DNA of 64,000 nucleotides from Nitrosopumilus sp. (GCA_965218695.1 OZ244651.1:448001-512000); one strand, 5' to 3'. Numbered from the stretch's first letter, positions 9,557 to 23,060 are shown. Numbers and translations: made by a program. The notes: generated from the sequence alone by a model not told the origin.

Positions 9557-10612
9557 CTAAACAGATCCCTCAACCCTATGACTGGCCTGGATGGAGCGTG
9601 TAACCGTCCTTGGCATCTCCTGCCTGATGTCCAGAAGATCCCTCAGTATGGAGCTGGCAGTCTCGATGCCGCCGGCACCCCTCCCTATGATGGTCTGGGT
9701 TCCGGAGTGCTCGGATGTGAACGATATCGCATTGAGGGTACCGTTGACGCACAGCGGATCCTTGCTTGGAATCTCCCTTGGCTCCACCGTCAGGCTCTTG
9801 TTGCACGAGGCGATCAGTTTTACGGCGCGGCCCTGCGATGCGGCCTTTTTGATGTCTGCTGACGTGACGTTTCGGATTCCGGTCCTGGCGATGTCCGGCA
9901 TCGTCACCTTCATGCCGGCTATCCAGTTGGCCAGAATCACGAGCTTTGCTGCTGCGTCCAGTCCGTCAAGATCCAAAGACTCGTCTGCCTCCACGTATCC
10001 CCTCTCCTTTGCGTCCCGGAGCGCATCCTCAAAGGAGAGCCCCGATGTCATGTTTGAGAGGATGTAGTTTGTGGTGCCGTTGAGTATTCCTGCAAATGAC
10101 GTGATCCTCTCGCCCCTCAGGCTGTTCTTTGCGTAGTCCAGAATCGGCGTCCCTCCCCCGACTGTCCCGCTGAACTTGAACATGACCTGGTTGTACACTG
10201 CAAGCTCCACGAGGGACGGAAACGCCAGCGCAAGCGGGCCCTTGTTGACAGATATCACGTGCATCCCCTTCTTCATGGCCGACGTTATGTGGGTCATTCC
10301 GGGCTCTGCGTCGGCGTAGTTGCTGGCAGTGGTCTCGATGAGCACGTCTGCCTCGACGTTGTCTATCATCTTGATTCCGGACATGGAGTTTTTGGTGCGC
10401 GAATAGTTTCTTACCGTCCCGGACTGCTTCTTTACCTCTGCGAGCCTGTCAAACCTGAGCCCTGACGGGTCCACTGCGCTGCCGCGGCTGTCAACCACTC
10501 CGACGACCCTTGGCTTCAGCCCGTACTTTGCGTAGAGATCCTCTGCTCTAGAGTCAAAAAGCCTTATCAGGCTCTGCCCGACTACGCCAAATCCGCACAG
10601 TATTATCCTCAA
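9557..10612 (-). CDS. hom: Homoserine dehydrogenase
   Basis: GFGVVG, NKGPLA, TVGGGTP, GILNGTTNYIL and GRGAG motifs. Confidence 0.93.
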   Translation of the reverse strand: MRIILCGFGVVGQSLIRLFDSRAEDLYAKYGLKPRVVGVVDSRGSAVDPSGLRFDRLAEVKKQSGTVRNYSRTKNSMSGIKMIDNVEADVLIETTASNYADAEPGMTHITSAMKKGMHVISVNKGPLALAFPSLVELAVYNQVMFKFSGTVGGGTPILDYAKNSLRGERITSFAGILNGTTNYILSNMTSGLSFEDALRDAKERGYVEADESLDLDGLDAAAKLVILANWIAGMKVTMPDIARTGIRNVTSADIKKAASQGRAVKLIASCNKSLTVEPREIPSKDPLCVNGTLNAISFTSEHSGTQTIIGRGAGGIETASSILRDLLDIRQEMPRTVTRSIQASHRVEGSV

Positions 10613-10709
10613 GTATATCGCCTCTGTCTGTCAGGCTGTACTCTCTTAATTTTCTTGCCATTGCAATTGGCGCGGATTTCTCTTCCTGCTGCTGCTCCTG
10701 TGGCTACTA

Positions 10710-11114
10710 CTACTGCTGCTCCTTTGCCTCGTCGTGCTCAAGGGAGACGGAGTTTATGCAGTACCTCTGGTTTGTGGGCTTTGGCCCGTCATCAAAGACG
10801 TGCCCCAGGTGGGCCCCGCACCTGCCGCAGTTGACCTCCGTTCTAGTCATCCCGTAAGACGTGTCTGAGACGTACTCTATGCTGTCCTCGTCTACGGGCT
10901 TCCAGAAGCTGGGCCAGCCCGAACCCGAGTCAAACTTTGCCTCCGACGAGAAGAGCCTCTCCCGGCAGCACACGCACCTGTAGGTTCCGTCGGGGCTGCT
11001 GTATGCATACTTTCCCGAAAACGGCGGCTCCGTACCGTGATTGACACACACCTCGTACTGCTCGGGCGTCAGCCGGTCTCTGAGATCCTCCGGATTCTTT
11101 GTGATCTTTGCCAC
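10710..11114 (-). CDS. msrB: Peptide-methionine (R)-S-oxide reductase
   Basis: GTEPPFSG, SGSGWPSF, HLGHVFDDGP and RYCINS motifs; GTG start. Confidence 0.95.
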   Translation of the reverse strand: MAKITKNPEDLRDRLTPEQYEVCVNHGTEPPFSGKYAYSSPDGTYRCVCCRERLFSSEAKFDSGSGWPSFWKPVDEDSIEYVSDTSYGMTRTEVNCGRCGAHLGHVFDDGPKPTNQRYCINSVSLEHDEAKEQQ

Positions 11115-11146
11115 GGCATGGAGATGGCGTCTGGATGTTATTAATT

Positions 11147-11187
11147 TGTTGATTGATTGACTGATTGATTGACTGATTGATTGATTG
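11147..11187. repeat. TGAT/TGAC tetranucleotide microsatellite
   Basis: ttgattgattgactgattgattgactgattgattgattg upstream of msrB. Confidence 0.9.
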
Positions 11188-11261
11188 TTCCAACCAGAAT
11201 CCCAAGCATGGTGAGCCTCAAATCCGGCAGCACAATCCATGATGGATTCTGGTTGTGTGAC

Positions 11262-12954
<1,693 letters not shown>

Positions 12955-13062
12955 ATTCAGGATTGTGGCCTATTTTTGTCAATCTCGATTCAGGTGATAT
13001 CCCAAGAATCAAGTCACATCCACCATACGGCACAAAACCGCTACATGTGCAATGGCGCGCGA

Positions 13063-13362
13063 CTACTTCTTTCTTCCAATCTGTATGAGGTCCGGACCCT
13101 TGTCCTTGTCCTTGTCCTTATCGCGCCCCTTGGACTGCCACCTCAGCAGAACCTCCTTGAACGATGCAGCGTCTGCCTCGTTTTCAGTATACATCAGGGT
13201 CGTAACCCAGAATCCGCCCTTTGCAGTCTTTCCGCCAATGGAGTTCATCCAAAAGTCGCTTGGCAGGCCTTCCAGGGGCTTGCTGTTCGGATCCCTGGTC
13301 TCTGCGACCCACCTGTTTGCTACAAAGTTCAGGATCTGCTCAACCTCTTCTCTCTGAATCAT
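13063..13362 (-). CDS. Hypothetical protein with DK-repeat tail
   Basis: Plausible 99-aa ORF; CCTTGT repeat at 13097-13118 encodes DKDKDK. Confidence 0.6.
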   Translation of the reverse strand: MIQREEVEQILNFVANRWVAETRDPNSKPLEGLPSDFWMNSIGGKTAKGGFWVTTLMYTENEADAASFKEVLLRWQSKGRDKDKDKDKGPDLIQIGRKK

Positions 13363-13707
13363 ACGTGTCCTGATACGGCTCTAAATTTTAAAATTCCGCT
13401 TGCCGGGGGGGAGGGAGGGGGAGAAAGTACATGGCATGTGGGCAATGGGCTCGAGCAGGGTTGAGCATCTTCATCATATTCTGTGTCGTATCGGCTACAA
13501 GGGCTGCAGGGATATTGATTTTGAGATGAGCGCCCGATGCCCCTGCTGCAATCCGAAGACGTGGCTCGGTAAACGTGCATCGTCTCCGGAATCCCGGTTC
13601 GTGCATGAATGCGTACCGCGTCTGCGGCATGTTGTAAAATTAATCTCACAAAAACTCAAAACATTTCTTACACGTTATTGGTTATACAATTACATCAAGC
13701 ATTACAC

Positions 13708-14595
13708 ATGACACATGACAACGTCGAGATTATTGGCAAAAACGTCAAGGACATGTACGGGTCATTCATGGGCAATGTAGTAGGGACCATAACTGACATA
13801 GACGGCAGCATTCAGTCAGCCGGCGTCGATTACGGCTCCTACGGACTGCAGCAGATCCCATACGAGCAGATGGTGGTTCAGGACGAGGTGGTCATCTTCA
13901 TTCCGAGATGGAGGCTTGACTCACAGAGACTCATCCGTGAAAAACAGCTTACGCTGCGCCGCCTCAAGGCCCTGATGGACATTGTTGCTGAAAACGATGA
14001 CATGAAGGATGACGCTGAGATCATCCATGAGAAGTACAAGTCAAAACTTGCATCTCTGGATGAGGCAGAGGCTGAAATCAAGGTCAAACTTGAGACAAGA
14101 CTCTCCGAGATCACCGAACAGCAAACGTCTGCCAAGACACTGCTCTTTGATGCCAAGGTGCAGTACAAGAGCGATGAGATCTCCGAGGCCACCTTTGAGA
14201 TTGTAAAATCATCAACCAGTGGCGTACTCGAGCACATCGCACACGAATCCGCAGAGATCTCAAACATCAAGAACCGCATCGTCGATCTTGAACACGAATC
14301 CGAGCGGATCGAAGCACCGGCACACCCGATACAGGAGTCGGCCGTAACGTACCTGGAGGCTGCCATCACGTCACAACAGATGACGCAGACGATGCTTCCG
14401 GAGGCACCGACAGAACCCGTACCGGAGCAGCAGCAGATGCCAGAGCAGACGCCCGAGCCCGTAGAAGCACCGACAGAACCAAAGAATCTCAACCAATCTG
14501 CAGTTCCATTCGCATTCCCAAAGCCGTCTGTACAGACAGCTTCGGAGCCTGCAGACGATGACCAAGACTGGCTTGCCCGAATGGAGGCACAGTAA
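13708..14595 (+). CDS. cdvA: Cell division protein CdvA
   Basis: IGKNVKDMYG PRC-barrel N-terminus, coiled coil, WLARMEAQ tail. Confidence 0.85.
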   Translation: MTHDNVEIIGKNVKDMYGSFMGNVVGTITDIDGSIQSAGVDYGSYGLQQIPYEQMVVQDEVVIFIPRWRLDSQRLIREKQLTLRRLKALMDIVAENDDMKDDAEIIHEKYKSKLASLDEAEAEIKVKLETRLSEITEQQTSAKTLLFDAKVQYKSDEISEATFEIVKSSTSGVLEHIAHESAEISNIKNRIVDLEHESERIEAPAHPIQESAVTYLEAAITSQQMTQTMLPEAPTEPVPEQQQMPEQTPEPVEAPTEPKNLNQSAVPFAFPKPSVQTASEPADDDQDWLARMEAQ

Positions 14596-14638
14596 TTTTT
14601 TTAACTCCTGAATTACGTCTGGACAGTGACTAATCAAT

Positions 14639-16519
14639 ATGACGACCAATTCAGGACGCGTCGGCCTGAGGGAGAGGGCCGGATCCGACTATGTATCCTT
14701 CTGGGACGACCAGGCAAGGCACCTGTCGTGGTTTGCCCCGTGGGGCAAGACGCTTGACTGGCAGCCTCCTTTTGCCAGGTGGTTTGTGGGGGGGAAGATC
14801 AACGCATCACACAACGCGCTGGATGTCCACCAGAAGGACAGGCCTGACAAGCCTGCGATCCTCTGGGAGGGAGAGGACGGCCAGTCGCGGACCGTCTCGT
14901 ACCGCGACCTGTTCATTCTGGTAAAAAAATTCTCAAACGCCCTAAAGTCACTCGGGGTCCGAGAAGGGGACCGCGTAACGCTTTACCTTCCGATGGTTCC
15001 CGAGACCGTGGTTGCGATGCTGGCGTGCGCAAGAATCGGCGCCGTCCACAACGTGATCTTCTCCGGATTCAGCGCAGCCTCCGTCAAAAGCAGGATCGAG
15101 GACTGCGGCTCCAAGGTGGTGATCACTGCAGACGGGGGGTTCAGGAGGGGGGACGTGATCAGGCTCAAGGACATAATCGACGAGGCAGTAGCCGGCCTCG
15201 ACTTTGTAGAGCACGTGGTGGTGCTTGAGCGGGCAAAAAACACGATATCGCCTGCGCCCCGGGACGTGCTCTGGCGCGACCTGATGGACGGGGCATCTGA
15301 GGAGTGTGATGCGGCGCGGCTTGACAGTGCCCACCCGCTCTACATCCTGTACACCTCCGGAACCACCGGAAAACCCAAGGGGGTGCTTCACGGAACCGGG
15401 GGATACCTCACACACATCCACTCGACATTCGGGTGGGCCTTTGGCATCCGAGACTCTGACGTCTTTTTTTGCACCGCCGACGTAGGCTGGGTCACGGGCC
15501 ACAGCTACGTGGTGTATGCTCCCCTGCTTCACGGGGCCACGGTGGTGCTGTACGAGGGCGCCCCGGACTATCCCGACGTCTCCCGCATGTGGGGCATCAT
15601 CCAACGGTACGGCGTCACGATATTTTATACTGCCCCCACGGCACTTCGGATGTTCATGCGGTTTGGCGACGGCATCCCGGACTCGTTTGATCTCTCGTCG
15701 CTGAGGCTGCTTGGGACCGTGGGCGAGCCCATCAACCCCGAGGTGTGGACGTGGTACCATTCCGTGATTGGAAAGGGCAGGTGCCCCGTCATCGACACCT
15801 GGTGGCAGACCGAGACCGGGGGCATGATGATCTCGGCGCTGCCGGGGCTGGAGACGATTCCGCTCAAGCCCGGCTCCGGGACGTTTCCCATCCCGGGGGT
15901 GGACATCGACGTGGTGGACGGGAACGGCGCATCCCTTCCCCCCGACACCAAGGGCCACCTCGTCATCAGGAATCCGTGGCCGGGGATGCTCCTCACCCTG
16001 TGGAACAACGACGAAAAGTACCGCGAGGCGTACTGGTCAAAGTATCCCGGGTGCTATTATTCAGGCGACTATGCCCTGAGGGATGCTGACGGATACCTCT
16101 GGCTGCTTGGAAGGGCAGACGACGTGCTCAACGTAGCAGGGCACCGGATTGGAACCGCAGAGCTTGAGAGCTGCCTGGTATCCCACGACGATGTCGCAGA
16201 GTCTGCCGTGTGCGGCGTGCCAGACGAGATACGGGGCGAGGCGATCATCGCGTTTGTGGTGCTCACCGCCGGCTCCACTGCGGGCCATGACTCTCTGCGA
16301 GAGGCCCTTGCCGGCAGGGTGCGCGACGAGATCAGCGCCATTGCAGTTCCCGGCAGGATTCATTTCGTCTCAAAGCTTCCCAAGACGCGCAGCGGCAAGA
16401 TCATGAGGCGGCTGATCAAGGACATTGCAGGCGGCGGCAGCCCGAAAGGCGATCTCAGCACGCTTGAGGATTACACTGCCGTATCAGAGATGCAGGACGC
16501 CCTCAGGCCAAGTCCCTGA
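14639..16519 (+). CDS. acs: Acetate--CoA ligase (AMP-forming)
   Basis: YTSGTTGKPKG, DTWWQTETG, GRADD and PKTRSGK motifs. Confidence 0.93.
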   Translation: MTTNSGRVGLRERAGSDYVSFWDDQARHLSWFAPWGKTLDWQPPFARWFVGGKINASHNALDVHQKDRPDKPAILWEGEDGQSRTVSYRDLFILVKKFSNALKSLGVREGDRVTLYLPMVPETVVAMLACARIGAVHNVIFSGFSAASVKSRIEDCGSKVVITADGGFRRGDVIRLKDIIDEAVAGLDFVEHVVVLERAKNTISPAPRDVLWRDLMDGASEECDAARLDSAHPLYILYTSGTTGKPKGVLHGTGGYLTHIHSTFGWAFGIRDSDVFFCTADVGWVTGHSYVVYAPLLHGATVVLYEGAPDYPDVSRMWGIIQRYGVTIFYTAPTALRMFMRFGDGIPDSFDLSSLRLLGTVGEPINPEVWTWYHSVIGKGRCPVIDTWWQTETGGMMISALPGLETIPLKPGSGTFPIPGVDIDVVDGNGASLPPDTKGHLVIRNPWPGMLLTLWNNDEKYREAYWSKYPGCYYSGDYALRDADGYLWLLGRADDVLNVAGHRIGTAELESCLVSHDDVAESAVCGVPDEIRGEAIIAFVVLTAGSTAGHDSLREALAGRVRDEISAIAVPGRIHFVSKLPKTRSGKIMRRLIKDIAGGGSPKGDLSTLEDYTAVSEMQDALRPSP

Positions 16520-16598
16520 CGACTCCCAACAGGTGTGTGTATTGCTGCACCATCATAACCGCCACCACCACCGGCACGGCCGCCGAGCCATCCCCTGG

Positions 16599-17186
16599 TC
16601 ACTCCAGCCTGCCCAGGTCCAAAGACAAAAGCATGTCGAACATCTCCCTGAGCCCGTCGTACTCTGACCTTGAGTGATCGTCAAACCTGTCATACTGCTC
16701 CTGCCTTATCTCGTCAAGCCTGCAGCTTGCGTCGGTGAAGAACTTTTCATACCCTGCGATGTTCTCCCGGGTCATCTGGGCCATGTCAAAGATCACCGTG
16801 TTGCTGCCAAGCAGTTCTGAATTCTCGTCATACAGGCTGGTTGCCTGCAGCAGTCCCAGAAACGTGCTCTTGTCGTGCCTCTGGAACGTGATCCTGATGT
16901 TTGTGACTGCCCCCGTCTCAAACCACGTCTTCAGGGAGTCGTTCATGGCATGCCATGAATCCTTTGGCACGTGCTCAAAGATCGACTTGCCAAGAATCTC
17001 CGACTTTGCGTATCCAAGATTTGCAGCATACGTGGAGTTGCAGTCAAGGATTATCCCTATCGAGTTGATCCTTCTCCACATTATCGGGGCATCCTTGAGA
17101 GTCCTTCTGGCCTCGGTCTGGTGCATTTTCACATGATAGTTTGGTTTGGTTCCTAATAATGCTTGAAGATATGCCGTGGTAGTCAT
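16599..17186 (-). CDS. PAS-domain sensor protein
   Basis: GIILDCN..LGYAKSEILGKSIFEHV PAS signature. Confidence 0.8.
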   Translation of the reverse strand: MTTTAYLQALLGTKPNYHVKMHQTEARRTLKDAPIMWRRINSIGIILDCNSTYAANLGYAKSEILGKSIFEHVPKDSWHAMNDSLKTWFETGAVTNIRITFQRHDKSTFLGLLQATSLYDENSELLGSNTVIFDMAQMTRENIAGYEKFFTDASCRLDEIRQEQYDRFDDHSRSEYDGLREMFDMLLSLDLGRLE

Positions 17187-17280
17187 AGTCGTCACGCCTG
17201 CCAGGATGCTGCCCTTGGACGGATACCCCCCTGTCAGGACAACCCCGCATTGTGCCGATCCAGACGGGTCCCTGTGTGGG

Positions 17281-17350
17281 TGCCTGCCTGCCGGCCTGCC
17301 TGCCGGCCTGCCTGCCGGCCTGCCTGCCGGCCTGCCTGCCGGCCTGCCTG
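17281..17350. repeat. 12-bp tandem repeat (CTGCCTGCCGGC), about 5.5 copies
   Basis: Read directly; intergenic. Confidence 0.9.
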
Positions 17351-17430
17351 GCACGTCACCGTTCCCGTGCTGCACCGCCCATGCGGCAGTCCTTCGGGCC
17401 GTTGACAAAATCATTCGCCAACAGATGTCG

Positions 17431-18450
17431 TCAAAACCACTGATCCAGGTTCTGGCTTCTCTTCTCGACTGACCTGCGCAGCCTGTTCAGCGTCGAGCGG
17501 ACCCTCTCCTCTGAAAAGCTCCTCTCTGAGAGATAGTCCGTTATGCCCTCGTAATCCACCTGGCCAAACGTTATGTCGCCAACATCAGCCACGTCCGGAT
17601 TCAAGAAGATCTTGCGTATCCGCTCAAAGTCGATCTCCTGCAGCTGCTCCTGAATCTGCGGAATGTCCTCCAGCCTCGAATGCTGCCTTATCATCTTTAA
17701 TGCCGTCTTTGGGCCTATCCTCTCAAACCCCTTTGGATTAAAGTCGGTTCCAATCAGGATGCCCACGTCCACCAGCTGCTCCCTTTTTAGTCCTAATGAG
17801 TCCAGGGTCTTTTGCGTCCTGATGATCTCCGGCACCACGTCCACGTATGCGTTCCTGTTTGGAATCTTCCTCCTTCCGCTGTTTGTAAAGTTTCTTACCA
17901 GTATCTTTGCGCCGCACAGGATGGAATCAAAGTCCTGGCTTGCGCAGGCGTATGCCTGCCCCGTGTTTGTCAGGTGTGCCGCAGTCGCCTCGCCCTCTGA
18001 TGCGGCCTCCACGTACGGAATCCCAAACAGTCCCAGGATGTGCTTTGAGTCCCTGACCATCCCGTCCTTCATGGCAGTAGTCTGCTGTGCGTATTTTCTT
18101 GCATCCTCCATCTTTCCTTCCCTGACTGCCTTTTCGTACTTTATGGTGGCATCCTTTTTGATCTGCTTCCTCCTTTCGATCTCTGCGGCCTTGAGGGACG
18201 GAGGCTTTCCGTCAAAGATGTAGACTGGCCTTATCCCAAGGGACAGGAAGTTGACGTTCCTGTAGAGCAGCCCGCTCAGGTGGCTGGTCACCCTTCCCTC
18301 GGAATCGGACAGCTGCTGCCCGTCCGGCCCCCTGATGCTTGCCAGAAACTGGTAGATGGCATTGTATGCGTCAATGGCGACCACCTTGGCAGAAAACGCA
18401 TCAAGGCTGGTCTTCTCCCTCTCCACCAGTTCCTTCAGGTTCAGCCCCAT
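17431..18450 (-). CDS. fen: Flap endonuclease 1
   Basis: [31 protein letters not shown] and C-terminal PIP box QNLDQWF. Confidence 0.96.
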   Translation of the reverse strand: MGLNLKELVEREKTSLDAFSAKVVAIDAYNAIYQFLASIRGPDGQQLSDSEGRVTSHLSGLLYRNVNFLSLGIRPVYIFDGKPPSLKAAEIERRKQIKKDATIKYEKAVREGKMEDARKYAQQTTAMKDGMVRDSKHILGLFGIPYVEAASEGEATAAHLTNTGQAYACASQDFDSILCGAKILVRNFTNSGRRKIPNRNAYVDVVPEIIRTQKTLDSLGLKREQLVDVGILIGTDFNPKGFERIGPKTALKMIRQHSRLEDIPQIQEQLQEIDFERIRKIFLNPDVADVGDITFGQVDYEGITDYLSERSFSEERVRSTLNRLRRSVEKRSQNLDQWF

Positions 18451-18648
18451 GGAATATCATGGAACGGTGCGCTATTTTGTGTTTGTCCTTTTCCATACGT
18501 CACACGTACCGCTCCAAACGCCAGTTCCTGCATGCCCCTCTCTACTGCCTGGCCGCAGCCGGTGTAGGAGATCTGTCCGGGAACCTGCCTGTCTGCCTGC
18601 TTGCCTGTCAGGAACCGGTTTTAATATGGACGCACTCCCGTATTTGGC

Positions 18649-18912
18649 ATGAAGGCGCCGTCCCCGCTCAGACCATGCCTGGAGGATCGTATATTTGAGA
18701 TCAGGCACGCTACTGACGGCACGGCATCTCGAATCACGTCCTACTTTCCGCTTGGCGAATCCGAGATACGGGAGATCTTCCTGGCCACCGGCGCCAAACC
18801 CGAGATACGCTCCATATTCACCGACGAGATCAGCGACGAGGATTGGGAGCGCACCCGGACGCAGATCAAAAAAAGGTTCAACGACGAACTGATCGGCATT
18901 GGGCAGGGCTAA
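18649..18912 (+). CDS. Hypothetical protein
   Basis: Compact 87-aa ORF with TTTTAATAT upstream. Confidence 0.65.
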   Translation: MKAPSPLRPCLEDRIFEIRHATDGTASRITSYFPLGESEIREIFLATGAKPEIRSIFTDEISDEDWERTRTQIKKRFNDELIGIGQG

Positions 18913-18919
18913 CCTGCAT

Positions 18920-19186
18920 TCAGGATTGTTTTTTACAAGCCTGTGAGCGATGTCTTGCCTTGACTACATGTAAAACCAGTTTGTCATTGACGGTATTCAC
19001 AATTCCCCGATAGCCTCCCATTCTAAATTTGTAAAACGGCGAGTTTACCATCTTTTCAAGCAATCTGTAAGGATCCAAAGCAATCTCATCCATCAACAAA
19101 ATGATTTTTTTGGCAAGATCTTCTCCAAGACCATCAAGATCTCTTTGAGCCCGGGCGAAATAAACCACCCTCCAGCCACGTGCCAA
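18920..19186 (-). CDS. RelE/ParE-family toxin
   Basis: W.V.Y...AQRDL..L, YKFRMGGYR and HR motifs. Confidence 0.85.
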   Translation of the reverse strand: MARGWRVVYFARAQRDLDGLGEDLAKKIILLMDEIALDPYRLLEKMVNSPFYKFRMGGYRGIVNTVNDKLVLHVVKARHRSQACKKQS

Positions 19187-19188
19187 AT

Positions 19189-19423
19189 TTATAGCCCATA
19201 CTTTTTTTTCATTTGAGACTGAGTTTGGTAGTCGCCTTTTTCAATCTCCAAAATCGATGCCTTAATCTCTAGAATGTCTTTTTCTGTAAGCAGGTCTGCA
19301 TCTTCCTCAGCTTTGGATTTTAAGATCCTATTAATCATGGTTTCCATGGATTCGCTTGGGTGGTTTTTAAACTGTTCCCATTCTTCTTTGGATTTTTGAG
19401 ACCGCAATACTTGACTGTTCCAT
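19189..19423 (-). pseudogene. Antitoxin of the RelE pair, apparently frameshifted
   Basis: ATG 19423 gives MEQSSIAVSK; the body SKEEWEQFKNHPSES..LTEKDI..KKKYGL is out of frame at an A5 run. Confidence 0.65.
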
Positions 19424-19430
19424 AGATGCC

Positions 19431-20643
19431 GGGTGTGTCCTAGAGAGATATACTCTAGGATGACAAAAGATATGGATCGGCGGATCACGGCATCGCCTAA
19501 TGACTACAAAGAAACGCGACCAACGACAGTACGATCTGGTTCAGCAGTACATGCCGGGCCTCATGCTGAATACCGTGCTGGGGATAATCAAAGAGCTTGG
19601 GGATCCGTACGCCGTCTGGCCCGGTCTGGGTGGCATGACGGCATACCCGCCTGGCGCCATGGCAGCTGTCTGCATCATGCTTGAGGCACAGCGCACGACC
19701 TACCGCAAGATGGTCGGCATTCTCCGAAGTAACGGCGTCATGGCAGCCAGGATGGGCCTGGACAGAATTCCCTCCAAGAGCACGATAGCACGCGCCTACG
19801 GCCTGATCCCGGAATGGTATCTGGCAGAGGCACACCGGATTGCCATCAGGGAGGTGGGGACAGGCTCCTTGGCAGCAGACAGCACCGGGTACTCGTACCT
19901 GCGGTTTGTCAGGTGGTTTAACGTCAGGACCGACAGTTTTCGTACCAGAAAGGGATGGGTCAAGCTGCACGCAATCGTGGACATACGCACCAGGGTGATA
20001 ATCGACTGCATGACAACTGACAGCGCGGTGGCAGACATAAACGGGCTGTACGCGATGCTCGGCAGGCTCGGCCTAGGCACCGGTGACTTTTGCCTGGATT
20101 CTGCATACCTGGCAAGGCTCATGTGCAACATGATATCTGCGATGGGAATGGTGCCCCGCATCAAGCCAAAATCCAACACCATACGCAACGCCAGGGGAAG
20201 TCAGTCGTGGCGCGAGATGGTAAGCCTGTACATGGATGACAAGGACAGGTTTGATTCGCAATACCACCAGCGCAGCATCATCGAGGCAGTCTTTGCAGCC
20301 CTCAAGAAGATGTACGGGGACAGCACCAGGTGCCGAAAACACGAGAACCGGACAAGGGAGACTGCGATCCGTGTCATGTGCTACAACGTCGAGCTCGTGG
20401 CCAGATTGCAGGCAAAAGACGGCAGGCTCACACAGGATCAAATCGCGACACTTGCAGCGTAACCGGCGCGTCTTGACACGCGCCTCCTAGCGGAGCCTCC
20501 GCACAGTGTCTTGGATTTGGGGGATTTTATGGGTTGTGGGGGATTAATGGTGCGGCACTGTTGGTGTCGACGGGTTCTGGCACCAATCATGTCTTTGGCA
20601 TCCTGGCACATGAAATGGCATTTTTTATTACTAGGACACACCC
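19431..20643 (+). mobile_element. IS5-family element (transposase 19500-20462)
   Basis: TIR GGGTGTGTCCTAG / CTAGGACACACCC; 9-bp TSD ATAGATGCC; DSTG, KLH, LDSAY and YHQRSIIE motifs. Confidence 0.9.
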
Positions 20644-20868
20644 ATAGATGCCTATAGGTGTCTATAATATTCAACGATTCACCTACACCCCAGTGGCAGG
20701 AAGGGTAGGTGAATTCATACCACCCCAGATAAACCAAACGTGATCACGGCGCGGCAGGATCGAGTGGTGGCTCAGGTGATGTGATGATTAGCAAGAGACT
20801 CCAGGGGCGAGAAGCAACGTAGGTGGGAATCCATCAAGGAGAAGTACTTCAACCTTGACGGCGGCTAT

Positions 20869-23060
20869 GTACGCGTTCACCTCCCCCCTCCATTTGGTGC
20901 GACACTGTTGAGCCTTTTGGCACATATGACAATTGGATGGGTCAGAATTTACAAACAAAATTAGATTTTTTAGATTAGGTGATTAAAACGGCTGCACGTG
21001 AGATGTGAATTACCATGACCCACACGCACGTGCGCCAATATACACACGCAGAATCCGTATTTAAGAATGCAAACTGCACGGCGTCGCGGCGGATGCAGGT
21101 GCAGTCCTGAATGGTTGTCCCGAAATCCGAAAGGATCATACTGCAGGCAGAGCTGCGCCGCGTGTGGGGAATCGTGGAGATCCTGCTGGGCCTGGTCGCA
21201 GCCTCTCTGGGAACCACCGGAAAGACGCTGGCTGTCGTTATCGAGGAGACGGCGCACCAGGCAGAGGAGATCCGGACCCTGAAGGCAGAGAAGAAGCAGC
21301 TGGCCCGGGAACTTTCAGTCCACGAGAGTTGGAACCATTCATCCAGGGGCGCCGTGCTGTTTACCCGGAAGCGAAGAGCCTTCAAAAGTGATCCGCAGGT
21401 AAGGGCAGACACGGGCGATGCCCCAGATACGGGCAAAAAGCCCGGACACCGGCCGGGTCAGCCGGGAGTCTCCCACGGCCGCAGGCCGGCTGACATCAGG
21501 ATGTGCAGTGCGCCCATGTGCAAAAACTGCGGCGGCACCTACATGCTGCCCGAGGATGCCTTTTGGAAGACGGTGATAGATGTCACCGAATCCGGCAAGC
21601 CAGTCTGTTATGCCGAGATGATCGCGCCCGGGTACTGCCTCACGTGCCAGGCAGTCACGTATCCTGACGCGGACTCGATTCCCGGAACGTGGTTTGGCCC
21701 CAACCTGAGAAAGAAGATTGCCAACATGCACAGGGTATCGGTTTCGCTCAGAAGCATGCAGTACCTGCTGGCATCAAACCACGGCATCAGGGCATCACTG
21801 GGGTGCATATCCCACGCCCTAGAGGCAATAGCAACGCGCGGCAGCCTCGGAGACGCCCCGAGGCTGCCGGAGCCAAAGGAGGACATGCCGTCTCCCTTGT
21901 TCGGGGCGCCGTTCCCCACGCCTGCGCGCCCCGAACCCGACGCCGGCGGCCATACCGCATGGAACGGCCTGATGAGGCGGCCGCTCATCACGCAGATAAC
22001 AGAAAAGATGAGCATGGCGCCAAGCGTGTCCGAAGACGAGTCCGGCGAAAAGGTCGCAGGAAAGAACGTGCAGGCCATACTACTGATCTCAAAATACTGC
22101 GTGCTGGTATGCATCAGGCCTGACAAGACCAAGGAGACCATGAGGGACGTGCTTTGGATGGTGCTGAACAGGCCGTTCGTGGCAGACATGTACCGTGCCG
22201 GCAACGCCCTTGAGGGGGACTTTCAGACGTGCTTTGTCCACGTGGTTCGCAAGTGCGAGGGCCTGGCCATACGCCACGGAGTCAATTCCTTCGAGTATGC
22301 GTGGTACGTGACGCTGCTCAAGATATATCGGGACGCCAAGACCGCCGCAAGGAATGCACTCGAGATGGCCGGCAGGGCAGAAGAGTCGGCCTGCGACGCA
22401 GGCCGACTCGTCAAAAACACCCCGGGACTGGAAGAATACGTCAAATCAAGCCAGGATTCCCTGCAAAAACGCATCCTGACGCTCGTCGATGCCTGCCGCA
22501 ACGGATGCGTCTCAGACGAGAAGAGCCGCGATTTTGCAGGCTCGCTTGAACGCGCCGCGCCATACCTTACAGAGTTTATCAGGCATCCTGGAATGGACGG
22601 CAACAACAACGCGTGCGAGAGGGCCGTACGAACGCACATCGTAAGGCCGCGCGACATACACCACGCGTTTCCCAACTGGAAGGCAGCCGACACTTTTGCC
22701 AAACTCCAGACGATTCACGCCACGGCAGAAAAGCTTGGAATGTTCTCGGGGGACGCGGTGACTGCCGATGCCTCGCAGGACATGTTCGGGTCCGGAATAC
22801 CGCCCCCGATATTTCCGAATCTCAAATAACCGTGCCACGACATCCCGCAGATCCGGATCGTTGCCGCACCATTTGGCTTAGGCAGGATGCATCGCAGATC
22901 ATGCCGCAAAAAGCCTCAGGCCTGCCTGCAGGATGGCATTGCCATACATTTTCACACCGACGTGTCTTCTGGTGGATGATTCCATGATGGAGTCAATCAC
23001 ATGCCCATGTATGACATCCCGACTAGCGTGGAATTGGCAAGGGGGGAGGTGAACGCGTAC
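20869..23060 (+). mobile_element. IS66-family single-ORF (ISBst12-like) element (transposase 21111-22829)
   Basis: TIR GTACGCGTTCACCTCCCCCC; 8-bp TSD GCGGCTAT; GQPG, Zn finger, DES, QTCFVH and NNACER motifs. Confidence 0.9.

Noticed and set aside
13359-13711. Overlapping Cys-rich ORFs upstream of cdvA
   Set aside because: Several conflicting frames, none with a recognisable motif; could not choose one.
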